Part shown: piece by piece, positions 1 through 9,369 of the stretch
Layout of the letters: every line of letters begins with the position of its first letter
How positions within the stretch are numbered: position 1 is the stretch's first letter
Origin: an uncultured Bacteroidia bacterium
GTDB lineage: Bacteria; Bacteroidota; Bacteroidia; Bacteroidales; UBA932
Direction of reading: 5' to 3'
Assembly (NCBI GenBank): GCA_902787295.1
Contig: CADAFW010000011.1
Coordinates: 1 to 36,319 of the forward strand
DNA length: 36,319 nt
Program-made: the position numbers and the translations under genes
The notes under the pieces: model-generated
Told to the model about the DNA's origin: nothing
The model's input: only the letters and a program-made list of their open reading frames with translations
Database searches by the model: none

Positions 1-431
1 ACGTCGAGGATCTTGCGCTCGGTTTCGACGGGCTTGTCGTAGATCCAGATGGCCAGCGAATCCCGGCACTGGAACACGGTGGAGCGCACCCTGTCGTTGA
101 CATAGACGATGTATCCCGGAGCCGTGCGGGCCGAATCCGGGTAGTAGGCGACCACCTGCTTGCCGGCGCGGAGTTTCCTCACGTCGAAGATGGTGTCGCA
201 GAGGCTCACGAGGCGGTAGGTGCTGTCCCCGGGCACTCCGAGCCTGTGGAACAGTGAGGTGATGTTCTCGCTGTCGTGGACCGTGGTGGTGTCCGCGATG
301 AAGCGGTCCTGGAAAAAGCCTATTGCGGGAAGCTCGGGCTCCGGTTCGGGTACGGCTTCCTTGTTCCTGTTCCGGCAGCCGGCGAGGGCCAGCACGGATA
401 GGAACACGATTGCGTATGTCCTGACCTTCAT
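1..431 (-). CDS. Lipoprotein, probable M23 family peptidoglycan endopeptidase (N-terminal part; runs off window edge)
   Basis: Not in the ORF track; manually translated from ATG at 431: MKVRTYAIVFLSVLALAGCRNRNKEAVPEPEPELPAIGFFQDRF...FDVRKLRAGKQVVAYY...IYDKPVETERKILD. LAGC lipobox. N-terminus resembles Bacteroidales M23 peptidases, but the catalytic domain is outside the window. ATG overlaps the upstream gene's TGA. Confidence 0.65.
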   Translation of the reverse strand, partial: MKVRTYAIVFLSVLALAGCRNRNKEAVPEPEPELPAIGFFQDRFIADTTTVHDSENITSLFHRLGVPGDSTYRLVSLCDTIFDVRKLRAGKQVVAYYPDSARTAPGYIVYVNDRVRSTVFQCRDSLAIWIYDKPVETERKILD

Positions 432-2038
432 CACTTGATCAGGTTTCCGAGTATGCTGCGGGTGAGTGTGCGGAGGGCGCTGCTGGTGGCATTGGTGATG
501 GCCTTGTTGGCTATGCTCTTGCCGCTGCTGCTCTTGCTTTTCTTGCCGGTGATGGCGTTCGCCGCGGCGGTGCCTGCACTGCGGGTGACGCTGGTCACGG
601 CGGCGCTCACGGCCGCCCCTATGACGGCGGCGCCAATGCTCTTCTTGGCCTTGCTTTTCTTGCTCTCAGCCTTCTCGGCGGCCTTTTTCTCAGCAGCCTT
701 CTCCTTCTGTTCCTCTACCTCCATCCTCTGCTTCTCCTGCTCCTCGGCAGCCTTCTGCTGGTCTGCAAGAAGTACCTCGAATGCGGACTCGCGGTCGATG
801 ACGTTGTCGTATTTGCCACCGACGGGGGAGGCTGCGTTGATGTCCAGCCTCTGGCCTGCGGTGATGGCGCCTATCTGGCTGAGAGGGAAGAGGATGCGTG
901 CGCGCTCGACCACTTCGGGAGCGCCCTTGGCATCGAGGAAGGACACGAGGGCCTCACCGGTCTCGAGATTCATTATGGCGTCCTCGGTATTGAAGGAAGG
1001 ATTGGTGCGGAAGGTCTCGGCAGCAGCCTTGACGGCTTTCTGGTCCTTCGGGGTGTATGCGCGGAGGGCGTGCTGCACGCGGTTGCCGAGCTGTCCGAGC
1101 ACCGAGTCGGGGATGTCGCTCGGGTTCTGGGTGATGAAATAGACTCCCACGCCCTTGCTTCGGATGAGGCGGATCACCTGCTCGATCTTGCTCACGAGCG
1201 CCGGGGAGGTGCCGTTGAAGAGGGTGTGTGCCTCGTCGAAGAAGAACACGAGTTTCGGAAGCTCGAGGTCGCCGACTTCGGGGAGGGTGGAGTAGATCTC
1301 GCTGAGGAGCCAGAGCAGGAAGGTGGAATAGAGCTTGGGATTCATCATAAGCTCGTCCGCCGCGAGCACGCTCATCACGCCGCGGCCGTCCTCCACTGCG
1401 AAGAGGTCGGCGATGTCGAAGGCCGGCTCCGCGAAGAACTGGTTGGCGCCCTGGTTCTCGAGCGACAGGAGCGCCCTCTGGATGGCGCCCACCGATGCCG
1501 CGCTGATGTTTCCGTATGTCTGCTGGTATTCCGCGGAGTGCTCGTTCACGTAGGCGAGCATCGAGCGGAGGTCCTTCATGTCTATGAGGAGCAGGCCCTT
1601 GTCGTCGGCCACGCGGAAGACGATGTCCATCACGCCGGCCTGGGTCTCGTTGAGTTCGAGCAGGCGGCTGAGGAGCTGGGGACCCATGTTGGATATGGTG
1701 GTGCGCATGGGGTGGCCCTGCTTGCCGAAGACGTCGTAGAAGCGGGTGGGGTTGCCGTGGAACTGCGGGTCGGCGATGCCGAATTCGGCGCAGCGCTTCT
1801 CGATGAATCCGGACATCTTTCCGGCCTGGCTGATGCCGCTGAGGTCTCCCTTCATGTCGGCCATGAAGCAGGGAACTCCCGCCTGGCTGAACGTCTCCGC
1901 TATCACCTGGAGGGTCACTGTCTTGCCTGTACCGGTGGCGCCGGCGATGAGTCCGTGGCGGTTAGCCATCTTGCCTTTGATGCTGATAGGGCCGTTGGGG
2001 CCGTGGGCTACGTAAAGCCCGTTGTTCTGGTCGTACAT
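431..2038 (-). CDS. DUF853 / HerA-like P-loop ATPase (YjgR family)
   Basis: MANRHGLIAGATGTGKTVTLQ (Walker A), LVFFFDEAH (Walker B), IRLIRSKGVGVYFITQNP, LGNRVQHALRA; charged coiled coil and amphipathic C-terminal tail. Confidence 0.9.
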   Translation of the reverse strand: MYDQNNGLYVAHGPNGPISIKGKMANRHGLIAGATGTGKTVTLQVIAETFSQAGVPCFMADMKGDLSGISQAGKMSGFIEKRCAEFGIADPQFHGNPTRFYDVFGKQGHPMRTTISNMGPQLLSRLLELNETQAGVMDIVFRVADDKGLLLIDMKDLRSMLAYVNEHSAEYQQTYGNISAASVGAIQRALLSLENQGANQFFAEPAFDIADLFAVEDGRGVMSVLAADELMMNPKLYSTFLLWLLSEIYSTLPEVGDLELPKLVFFFDEAHTLFNGTSPALVSKIEQVIRLIRSKGVGVYFITQNPSDIPDSVLGQLGNRVQHALRAYTPKDQKAVKAAAETFRTNPSFNTEDAIMNLETGEALVSFLDAKGAPEVVERARILFPLSQIGAITAGQRLDINAASPVGGKYDNVIDRESAFEVLLADQQKAAEEQEKQRMEVEEQKEKAAEKKAAEKAESKKSKAKKSIGAAVIGAAVSAAVTSVTRSAGTAAANAITGKKSKSSSGKSIANKAITNATSSALRTLTRSILGNLIK

Positions 2039-2053
2039 ATCTGGTTTCGGGTT

Positions 2054-3265
2054 TTATTTCTTCATGAGTCCCAGCACCTTGGCCCTGGCGAGCAGGCAGT
2101 TGCCCACCGATGCCGCGCGGAGTCCGAGGGTGGAGAGACGGATCTTGGTGTCGCTGGTGACGCGGGAGAGGGAGAGCCTGTTGACGGCGGTCTTGACCGG
2201 CAGCCTGAGGTAGTCCTTTCCCACGATGAGGCGGCCTCCTATCACGACGAGGCCGGGGTTGAAGATGTTGATGACCGCAGCGATGCCGCGTCCGAGGATT
2301 TCGCCTATCTCGCCTATGCATTCGATGGCGAGCACGTCCTCCTCGCGTATGGCCTGGAGGATCTCGTCGAGTTCTATGTCGCCCTTCTCCTTGAAGATCT
2401 TGGAAAGGGAGGACTGGCGGCCCTGCATCAGCTTGTCCACCATCATCCTGTGCAGCGCGGAGCCGGATGCGCCCGTTTCCAGGCAGCCGACCTTGCCGCA
2501 GCGGCAGATGATGTTGTTGTCCAGCAGCGGGATGTGCCCGAGCTCGCCGGAAAAGCCGGATTTGCCGTAGTAGAGGTTGCCGTCCAGGATCATTCCCATT
2601 CCGAGTCCCCAGCTGAGGTTGATGAAGATGAAATCCTTGTTGGCGTTGCTGCCGAGGGTCATGTATTCGCCGTAGGTCATGGCGCGGGAGTCGTTCTCCA
2701 CGGACACCGGCACGCCCAGTTCCTCCACGAAGCCGGAGGTGAGCGGGATGTCCTCGGAGACGAAGTAGGTGAGGCTGTAGCCCTTTTCGGGGTTGACCCT
2801 TCCGGACAGGCTGACGCCCACTCCGAGGATCTTCTCCCAAGGCAGGCCTATGCCTATGACCTCCTCGCGTATGAGCTTGCTCATGCTGCGCACGGATTCG
2901 TCGCTGGCTTCGAGCACGAACGCGACGTCCTGGATGAAGTGGATCACCTCCCCCTTGAAGTTGCAGATGGCGAGGTGGAAATGCTTCCTGGAGACCTCCA
3001 CGCCTATGAAGTAGCCGGCTTCCGGATTGAGTCCGTAGATGCTCGGACGGCGGCCTCCGGAAGAGCCGAGCTTGCCCTCGTCCTGGAGGAATCCGTCGTC
3101 TATGAGTTCTCCGACGAGTTTGGTTATGGTGGGAACGCTTATGCCGAGGCCGCGGCTGAAATCTCCGATGCTGGATTTTCCGTGCTTGATGCAGAGACGG
3201 AGGATTTCCCGCTTGATGGCTGCGTTCTTGCTGGTCTGGTCGTTGAGGAAGGTCCCGGTCATCAT
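2054..3265 (-). CDS. ROK family transcriptional regulator (NagC/XylR-like)
   Basis: N-terminal HTH (SIGDFSRGLGISVPTITKLVGEL), GGRRP linker, ENDSRA, GELGHI, CRCGKVGCLE zinc motif. Start placed at ATG 3265 (or 3262) because the longer ORF overlaps the divergent gene and promoter. Confidence 0.9.
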   Translation of the reverse strand: MMTGTFLNDQTSKNAAIKREILRLCIKHGKSSIGDFSRGLGISVPTITKLVGELIDDGFLQDEGKLGSSGGRRPSIYGLNPEAGYFIGVEVSRKHFHLAICNFKGEVIHFIQDVAFVLEASDESVRSMSKLIREEVIGIGLPWEKILGVGVSLSGRVNPEKGYSLTYFVSEDIPLTSGFVEELGVPVSVENDSRAMTYGEYMTLGSNANKDFIFINLSWGLGMGMILDGNLYYGKSGFSGELGHIPLLDNNIICRCGKVGCLETGASGSALHRMMVDKLMQGRQSSLSKIFKEKGDIELDEILQAIREEDVLAIECIGEIGEILGRGIAAVINIFNPGLVVIGGRLIVGKDYLRLPVKTAVNRLSLSRVTSDTKIRLSTLGLRAASVGNCLLARAKVLGLMKK

Positions 3266-3284
3266 AGTGTTATTGTCTCGAATA

Positions 3285-3313
3285 CAAAAATATACAAATA
3301 TTTCGTATATTTG
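3285..3313. promoter_or_regulatory. Back-to-back Bacteroidota -7 promoter boxes
   Basis: TATTTTTG on minus (3285-3292) towards the ROK gene and TATATTTG on plus (3306-3313) towards the HAMP gene; both match TAnnTTTG. Confidence 0.65.
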
Positions 3314-3338
3314 TAATTCATTTTGAAAAATTTTAAAA

Positions 3339-4214
3339 ATGAAGGTCAACAAAGTTGTCGAGAAGGTCAAGGAACAGCGGTTCTCCATGCGTTCCAAGCT
3401 GATAGTCAGCCTGAGCGCCATAGCCGCCGTGCTCCTTATCTCCTGCGTGATATCCATCATGGAATACACCAGGATGAGCGACTACGTCTCCGATCTTGTC
3501 AGCGACGACATCGACGCCATCAACGTGGCCAACAAACTGGCCGAGATGAGCAACAACTACAACCTCAGCCTCCTCGCGGTCATCGGTGACGAGATATCGG
3601 CCGAGGTCCCGGACTTTGACGACGCTTATTTCAAGGAGAACTGCGACAAGCTGAGTTCCGAACTTTCTTCGGCCAGGGTGTCCACGCTCGCGGATTCCGT
3701 GCTGTATTCGTATTCCGCGTACATGCTCACTTCCTTCGAACTGCAGAACGTGCTCGTCTCCGACTTCATCGATTCCCGTTCCTGGTACTTCGAGCGCCTC
3801 CAGCCCAAGTTCCAGCGCCTGCAGCGCGACATCGACGTCCTTTCCGACGAGATCTACACCGACCTCAGGAACAACTCCGCCACCTTCGACCGCGGCTACT
3901 ACCGCTCCATCATCCCCGGCCTCGTCGCCGCGGGAGTCGGCCTGCTCCTCATCATAATGCTGCTGTTCTTCATCATCTCGGGTTACGTCAATCCGATCTA
4001 CAAGATGCTCGAATCGCTGAATGCCTACAGGGGCAGTGACAAGAAGTACACCTATCAGTTCGATGGTGACGACCAGCTCGCGGAACTCAACGCCGGCATC
4101 ACGGAAATCACCCAGGAGAACGCCCAGCTGCGTACCAGGGTCCTCGCGCTCCGTCACAAGACTGGCTCCGGAGCCGATGCGGAAACCCCGGCGGAGGCCG
4201 GCCAGAAGGAATAA
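3339..4214 (+). CDS. Two-TM membrane protein with periplasmic four-helix-bundle (4HB_MCP-like) domain and C-terminal HAMP, no output domain
   Basis: TM1 KLIVSLSAIAAVLLISCVISIM; ~150-aa helical loop; TM2 IIPGLVAAGVGLLLIIMLLFFII; HAMP-like NPIYKMLESL...GDDQLAELNAGI; short tail. Confidence 0.75.
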   Translation: MKVNKVVEKVKEQRFSMRSKLIVSLSAIAAVLLISCVISIMEYTRMSDYVSDLVSDDIDAINVANKLAEMSNNYNLSLLAVIGDEISAEVPDFDDAYFKENCDKLSSELSSARVSTLADSVLYSYSAYMLTSFELQNVLVSDFIDSRSWYFERLQPKFQRLQRDIDVLSDEIYTDLRNNSATFDRGYYRSIIPGLVAAGVGLLLIIMLLFFIISGYVNPIYKMLESLNAYRGSDKKYTYQFDGDDQLAELNAGITEITQENAQLRTRVLALRHKTGSGADAETPAEAGQKE

Positions 4215-4217
4215 CGG

Positions 4218-5672
4218 ATGAACTGGAAAGGCATCAGCAGAAACGTCGGATACGCGCTGCTCGTCAGTGCGCTGTTCATGCTGTTCTCGATCTTCGTTTC
4301 CCTGCTCAACGGAAACGACAGCGCCCTTGCCGCCCTCATCATCTCCTTCACCATCACCTTCATAGTAGGCATCTTCCCGTTCATATTCGTCCGCAGCACC
4401 TCGGCCATCAGCCTTAAGGAAGGATACATCATCATCATGCTTTCCTGGCTGCTGTCCTTCGTGTTCGGAATGCTGCCGTACGCCCTCTGGGGCGGCCCGT
4501 TCTCGCTCACCAACGCCTGGTTCGAGAGCGTCAGCGGCTTTACGACCACCGGTGCCACCATCCTGGAAGATGTCGAAGGCCTGCCCAGGAGCCTGCTCTT
4601 CTGGCGTTCCTCGACCCATTTCATCGGCGGCTTGGGAGTCGTCGTCTTCCTGCTCCTGATCATCCCCGGATCGAACCAGATGAAGCTCCGTCTCACCAAC
4701 ATGGAGCTCAGTTCGCTCTCCAAGAACACCTACGGCAGCAACGCCAACAAGACGGTATACATCTTCGCATACGTGTACCTGCTGCTCTTCATAGTCTCGT
4801 TCTTCAGCTACTGGATCGCCGGGATGAGCGCCTTCGACGCCGTGTGCCACGCGATGAGCGTGAGCGCCACCGGCGGCTTCAGCTCCAGGAACGCGTCCAT
4901 CGCCGCCTTCGATTCAAGGCTGATCGAGGGCCTGACGATGCTTTTCATGTACCTGTCGTCCCTCCACTTCGGGATAACCTACCTGACCTTCGCCACCAGG
5001 TCCCTCAAGCCGCTCAACAATCCCGTGCTGAAGTTCTATACGGGATCGGTGCTCTTCTTCGCGCTGGTCCTCGGCATCGAACTGAAGCATTACGGCATCT
5101 GCGGCAGCTGGGGCAACGCCCTCTGGAACGGCCTCTTCGAGACCCTCTGCGTCAGCACTACCACCGGCTTCGCCATCATCGACAACGCCGTCTGGCCCAA
5201 GGCGCTCACCATGGTCATAATGTTCCCGGCCTTCATGTGCGCCTGCGCCGGATCCACTTCCGGAGGCGTGAAGGCGGACAGGATACTGCTCTTCTTCAAG
5301 GCCATCAGGCGGCAGGTCAACAGGATCCTGCATCCCACCTCCGTCAACGAGGTCAAGCTCGGAAGCACCATCCTCAGGGATGCCGAGATGGCGCCGCACC
5401 TGCTCTACATAGTCCTCTACTGCGTCCTGCTCTCATTCTCCGTCCTCCTCAGCATGGGGTTCGGGGTCGATCCCCACAATGCCTTCTGCGCCTCCGTCAC
5501 CAGCATTGGCAATGTAGGTCCCGCCGTGGGTGAACTCGGAAGCATGGGCAACTTCAACGGCATATCCGTCGCCGCCAAGCTCCTCTTCACCACGGACATG
5601 TTCCTCGGACGCGTGGAGATCTACCCGCTGCTTGCGGTCATCGGAATGATATTCGACCGCCACGGCAGATAA
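4218..5672 (+). CDS. trkH: Trk system potassium uptake membrane protein
   Basis: Four pore-loop motifs FESVSGFTTTGAT, SATGGFS, STTTGF, SIGNVGP; GSTSGGVK intramembrane loop; MFLGRVEI. Confidence 0.93.
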   Translation: MNWKGISRNVGYALLVSALFMLFSIFVSLLNGNDSALAALIISFTITFIVGIFPFIFVRSTSAISLKEGYIIIMLSWLLSFVFGMLPYALWGGPFSLTNAWFESVSGFTTTGATILEDVEGLPRSLLFWRSSTHFIGGLGVVVFLLLIIPGSNQMKLRLTNMELSSLSKNTYGSNANKTVYIFAYVYLLLFIVSFFSYWIAGMSAFDAVCHAMSVSATGGFSSRNASIAAFDSRLIEGLTMLFMYLSSLHFGITYLTFATRSLKPLNNPVLKFYTGSVLFFALVLGIELKHYGICGSWGNALWNGLFETLCVSTTTGFAIIDNAVWPKALTMVIMFPAFMCACAGSTSGGVKADRILLFFKAIRRQVNRILHPTSVNEVKLGSTILRDAEMAPHLLYIVLYCVLLSFSVLLSMGFGVDPHNAFCASVTSIGNVGPAVGELGSMGNFNGISVAAKLLFTTDMFLGRVEIYPLLAVIGMIFDRHGR

Positions 5673-7105
5673 TGGACAGGGCCACATTCCTATACCGTTC
5701 CTTCCTCGACCACTTCGACAACGAGCCCACTCCTTGCCAGGACTCGCTGTTCCGCAAGGTGGCTGAATTCGCGACCTGCGACGATGCGGACATACTCGTC
5801 GTGAACGGCTATGCCGGCACCGGCAAGACCACTGCCATCGCCGCCGTGATCTCCGCTTTCCGCGAGATGAAGACGCCCTCCGTGCTGCTCGCCCCGACCG
5901 GCCGTTCCGCCAAGGTGCTGAGCGGCTTCGCGCATCGTCCCGCCAGCACCATCCACAAGCACATCTACCGCCAGAAATCGGTGGGTGCCGATGGCTTCGG
6001 GCAGTTCTCCCTGGCCCCGAACAAGGCCAAGGGGACCCTCTTCGTAGTGGACGAGGTCTCGCTCATAGGCATCGAGGCGGGGGAGCAGCAGAGCAGCACC
6101 TTCTTCGGTACCGGCGACCTCCTGTCCGACCTCATCCAGTTCGTGCGCAACGGCGCCGACTGCCGCCTCATACTCATCGGGGATGCCGCCCAGCTGCCTC
6201 CGGTGGGCCTGGACGCCTCACCCGCGCTCTCCCGCGGGTTCATGGACGGCTTCGGGGGAGTGCGCTATGCCGAGCTCACCAGCGTGGTGCGCCAGTCCGC
6301 CGAATCCGGGATACTGCGCAACGCCACGATGCTGAGGGAGATCATCGCATCCTCCGACGGCTACGAGACGTTCGACGACATAAAGCTGGACCTTTCCGGC
6401 ACGGACGACATCGTGCGCGTCAGCGGCGGGGAGCTCATCGAAACCCTGACGGACGCATACGGGCGCTATGGCGAGGACGAGACCATAGTCCTGTGCCGTT
6501 CCAACAAGCGCGCCATCCGCTACAACCTGGGAATACGCGCCCAGGTGCAGTTCAAGGAGGAGAAACTCGTGCGCGACGACAAGCTGATGATAGTCAGGAA
6601 CTGCTATCAGTTCGTGGACGACGTGGCCGGAATGGACTACATCGCCAACGGGGACATCGCCAAGCTCTACCGCATTTCGGACTTCGAGGAACGCTACGGC
6701 CTGCACTTCGCCGATGCCATCCTCACTTTCCCGGACTATGACGACGCGGAGGTGCGTGCGAAGGTCTGCCTGGACACCCTCGAATCGGAATCCGCCTCCC
6801 TGACCTATGAGCAGCAGAACAATCTCTACCAGGGGGTGAGCGCCGACTACGACTACATCGTCGGCAGGAAGAACCGCTACGAGAAGGTGCGCGAAGACAA
6901 ATACTACAATGCCCTGCAGCTTAAATATGCGGAGGCGATAACCTGCCACAAGTCCCAGGGAGGACAGTGGAAATGCGTATTCATCGACTGCCCATTCTGG
7001 CAGCCCGAACAGACTCTGGACGACCTCAAATGGCTTTATACCGCCCTCACACGTGCCGTGGAGAGGGTCTATCTCGTGAATTTCAACGACCGCTTCTTCA
7101 AATGA
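5672..7105 (+). CDS. ATP-dependent RecD-like SF1 DNA helicase
   Basis: GYAGTGKTT, LAPTGRSAKV, TIHKHIY, VVDEVS, GDAAQLPPV, VVRQ, YAEAITCHKSQGGQW, WLYTALTRA. Confidence 0.9.
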   Translation: MDRATFLYRSFLDHFDNEPTPCQDSLFRKVAEFATCDDADILVVNGYAGTGKTTAIAAVISAFREMKTPSVLLAPTGRSAKVLSGFAHRPASTIHKHIYRQKSVGADGFGQFSLAPNKAKGTLFVVDEVSLIGIEAGEQQSSTFFGTGDLLSDLIQFVRNGADCRLILIGDAAQLPPVGLDASPALSRGFMDGFGGVRYAELTSVVRQSAESGILRNATMLREIIASSDGYETFDDIKLDLSGTDDIVRVSGGELIETLTDAYGRYGEDETIVLCRSNKRAIRYNLGIRAQVQFKEEKLVRDDKLMIVRNCYQFVDDVAGMDYIANGDIAKLYRISDFEERYGLHFADAILTFPDYDDAEVRAKVCLDTLESESASLTYEQQNNLYQGVSADYDYIVGRKNRYEKVREDKYYNALQLKYAEAITCHKSQGGQWKCVFIDCPFWQPEQTLDDLKWLYTALTRAVERVYLVNFNDRFFK

Positions 7106-8949
7106 AAAGAATCATTGCAACCATCCTCATCCTCGCGGCGGCGCTGACCCTGCGTGCGGAAGACAGGAACGCGACCCCGTCACCTGACGGAAAGATGACG
7201 GCTTTCACCCGTGACAACGACCTGTGGGTCAGGACCGAAGCCACCGGCGCCGAGACGCGCCTCACCTTCGACGGTTCGGAGGTTATCCTGAACGGCTATG
7301 CCTCCTGGGTCTATTACGAGGAGATCCTCGGCCGCCGCTCCCGCTACAAGGCGTTCTGGTGGAGCCCTGACTCCCGCAAGATAGGTTTCTACCGCTTCGA
7401 CAATTCCCGGGTCCCGATGTTCCCTATCTATTCCCCTTTCGGGCAGTACGGTAAGCTCAACGAGACCAGGTACCCGAAGGCGGGCGGCTGCAATCCGTCC
7501 GTGAAGATAGGCATAATAGACCTCGGCCAGCCCAGGAACATAGTGTGGGCGGACTTCGACAGCACGCAGGACCAGTATTTCGGCATCCCTTTCTGGGGCG
7601 CCGATTCCCGCGAATTCTACATCGCCCGCGAGCCGCGCCGCCAGTCCGTCCTGGACCTCTATGCCGTGTCCGTCGCGGACGGCAGCAAGCGTCAGGTCTA
7701 TCACGAGGAATATCCTACCTGGCTGGACTGGATCGAGGAAGTCATTTTCACTCCGAAAGGCCTCTACATGGCCCGCAACTTCGAGACGGGATGGGAGCAG
7801 ATCTATTTCCTCAGCTATGACGGCAAGACCTTCAAACGCCTCACGGACGGCAAGAACTGGGACATCTCCCTCCTGAAGGTCGACGAGAAGACCGGGGACG
7901 TCTGGTTCACGGCCAAGCGCGATTCCCGCCTCCATCCTTCGGTCTACCGCCTGGATGCCAGGGGCGGCGTGAAGATGCTCACCGATCCCGAGTACTGGGC
8001 CACCGATGTCAAGTTCATAGAGGACGGGAAGCGTTTCACCGCCAGGATATCCAACGCCCGCACCCCTTGGAAAGTCATCTCCGTGAATGCCTACGACGGC
8101 TCCGGGACCAAGGTCATAGAAGGCGACCCGCTGCCCTCGCGTCCTTTCGAAGGTCCTTATCCCCAGATAATTACGATGGAGAACGACGGATTCGACCTCT
8201 ACGGGCTCATCACTTACCCGAAGGGCTTCGACGCCAAGCGGAAATATCCGGTCATTATGACCCTTTACGGCGGTCCCGGCAATCCGTACGTGCGCGACCG
8301 CTGGGGCGACCGCGACGCATCCGACCAGTGGTGCTGGGAGAACGGCATCATCCATATAGTGGTGGACCCCCGCTCTTCGGGCGAGAACGGCCGCAAGGGC
8401 ATGGACGAGGCTTTCCGCCGCATGACCGTCATCGAACTCCAGGATTACGTGGCCTGGGCCGAATGGCTCCAGACCTGCCCGTACGTGGAGAAATCCAGGA
8501 TAGGCGTGCGCGGCTTCTCCTTCGGCGGCACCACGACCGCGATGCTGGTGCTCCGCTACCCGAATCTCTTCTGCTGCGGCGTGGCCGGTGGCGGCGTGTA
8601 CGACTGGACGCTCTATGATTCACACTATACGGAGCGCTTCATGGACACCCCTGAGGCCAATCCCGACGGCTATGAAATCGCGTCCGTGCTGAACTACGTG
8701 GAGGATGCCGAACCGCGCCTGGGCGGCGTCCGCGGCCTGGATCCGGTGCTGAAGCTCACCCACGGCACGGGCGACGACAACGTCCACTTCCAGAACACCC
8801 TGCTGCTCGCCGACGCCCTCCAGGATGCCGGCTGGCAGTTCGAGCTGATGATCTATCCTGACGGAATGCACGGCTACAGGGGCTCCCAGCACGACCACGA
8901 CGCCGCTGCCGACGCGCTGTTCTGGACAAAGCACCTGCTCAGCCGATAG
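7102..8949 (+). CDS. Secreted S9 family dipeptidyl-peptidase IV-like protease
   Basis: Signal peptide MKRIIATILILAAALTLRA from ATG 7102 (ATGA overlap). DPPIV_N motifs WVYYEEI, WWSPD, YPKAG; triad GFSFGG, DDNVH, GMHG. Confidence 0.92.
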   Translation: MKRIIATILILAAALTLRAEDRNATPSPDGKMTAFTRDNDLWVRTEATGAETRLTFDGSEVILNGYASWVYYEEILGRRSRYKAFWWSPDSRKIGFYRFDNSRVPMFPIYSPFGQYGKLNETRYPKAGGCNPSVKIGIIDLGQPRNIVWADFDSTQDQYFGIPFWGADSREFYIAREPRRQSVLDLYAVSVADGSKRQVYHEEYPTWLDWIEEVIFTPKGLYMARNFETGWEQIYFLSYDGKTFKRLTDGKNWDISLLKVDEKTGDVWFTAKRDSRLHPSVYRLDARGGVKMLTDPEYWATDVKFIEDGKRFTARISNARTPWKVISVNAYDGSGTKVIEGDPLPSRPFEGPYPQIITMENDGFDLYGLITYPKGFDAKRKYPVIMTLYGGPGNPYVRDRWGDRDASDQWCWENGIIHIVVDPRSSGENGRKGMDEAFRRMTVIELQDYVAWAEWLQTCPYVEKSRIGVRGFSFGGTTTAMLVLRYPNLFCCGVAGGGVYDWTLYDSHYTERFMDTPEANPDGYEIASVLNYVEDAEPRLGGVRGLDPVLKLTHGTGDDNVHFQNTLLLADALQDAGWQFELMIYPDGMHGYRGSQHDHDAAADALFWTKHLLSR

Positions 8950-8952
8950 GGG

Positions 8953-9369
8953 CTATTCCTGTTCTTTGATCCCGAGGCCGAAGACGTCGGCCATGGGTAT
9001 GGAGATGCCGTCCTCCAGGACGATGCACCGGGCGATTTCGTCCACTTTCCTGATCCTGCCGGACACCGTGAGATAGGCGCCGCCTTCCTTGCGCGGGTCT
9101 TCCTTGAAGAAGGTGACCAGTATTTCCCTGTCTGCGGACGGGTCCTCGGCAAGCGCGCGGAACTTCGCGTCCAGGGCCTTGCGCTCGTCTTCGGCCAGCT
9201 CCGTCCGGACCTCCGTCAGACGCCCGGTCTCTTCTATGACCTCCCCGAATCCGGTGAGCGCCGCGAAGGGGGAGAACTGCGCCGCACGGGCCTCCCTTGG
9301 CATGCGCGGATGGACTGCCGAAGTGTGGTGCTCCAGGCCGATGATGTCCTTGTACCTGTCGTCCGTCAT
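8953..9369 (-). CDS. YolD-like accessory protein of Y-family polymerase
   Basis: YKDIIGLEHH...HPRM...RAAQFSPFAALTGF, ITFF...KEGGAY; ATGA-coupled to the polymerase. Confidence 0.85.
   Translation of the reverse strand: MTDDRYKDIIGLEHHTSAVHPRMPREARAAQFSPFAALTGFGEVIEETGRLTEVRTELAEDERKALDAKFRALAEDPSADREILVTFFKEDPRKEGGAYLTVSGRIRKVDEIARCIVLEDGISIPMADVFGLGIKEQE

Noticed and set aside
431-2038. HerA-like ATPase as an anti-phage defence component
   Set aside because: Motifs match the housekeeping DUF853/YjgR family; no Sir2, NurA or nuclease partner adjacent
1070-3316. 748-aa plus-strand ORF antisense to the DUF853 and ROK genes
   Set aside because: Shadow ORF from strong GC3 codon bias; no motifs, and the opposite strand carries clear families
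3266-3469. N-terminal extensions in the ORF track (ROK 3469, S9 6967, PolY 10880, S8 13515, FtsE-like 19713, phosphatase 33932)
   Set aside because: They cross promoters or neighbouring genes; downstream ATGs give proper signal peptides, family N-termini or stop/start coupling (phosphatase start remains uncertain)
5672-7105. Helicase as part of a defence or mobile system
   Set aside because: Ordinary Bacteroidota RecD-like helicase coupled to housekeeping genes; no nuclease or methylase partner
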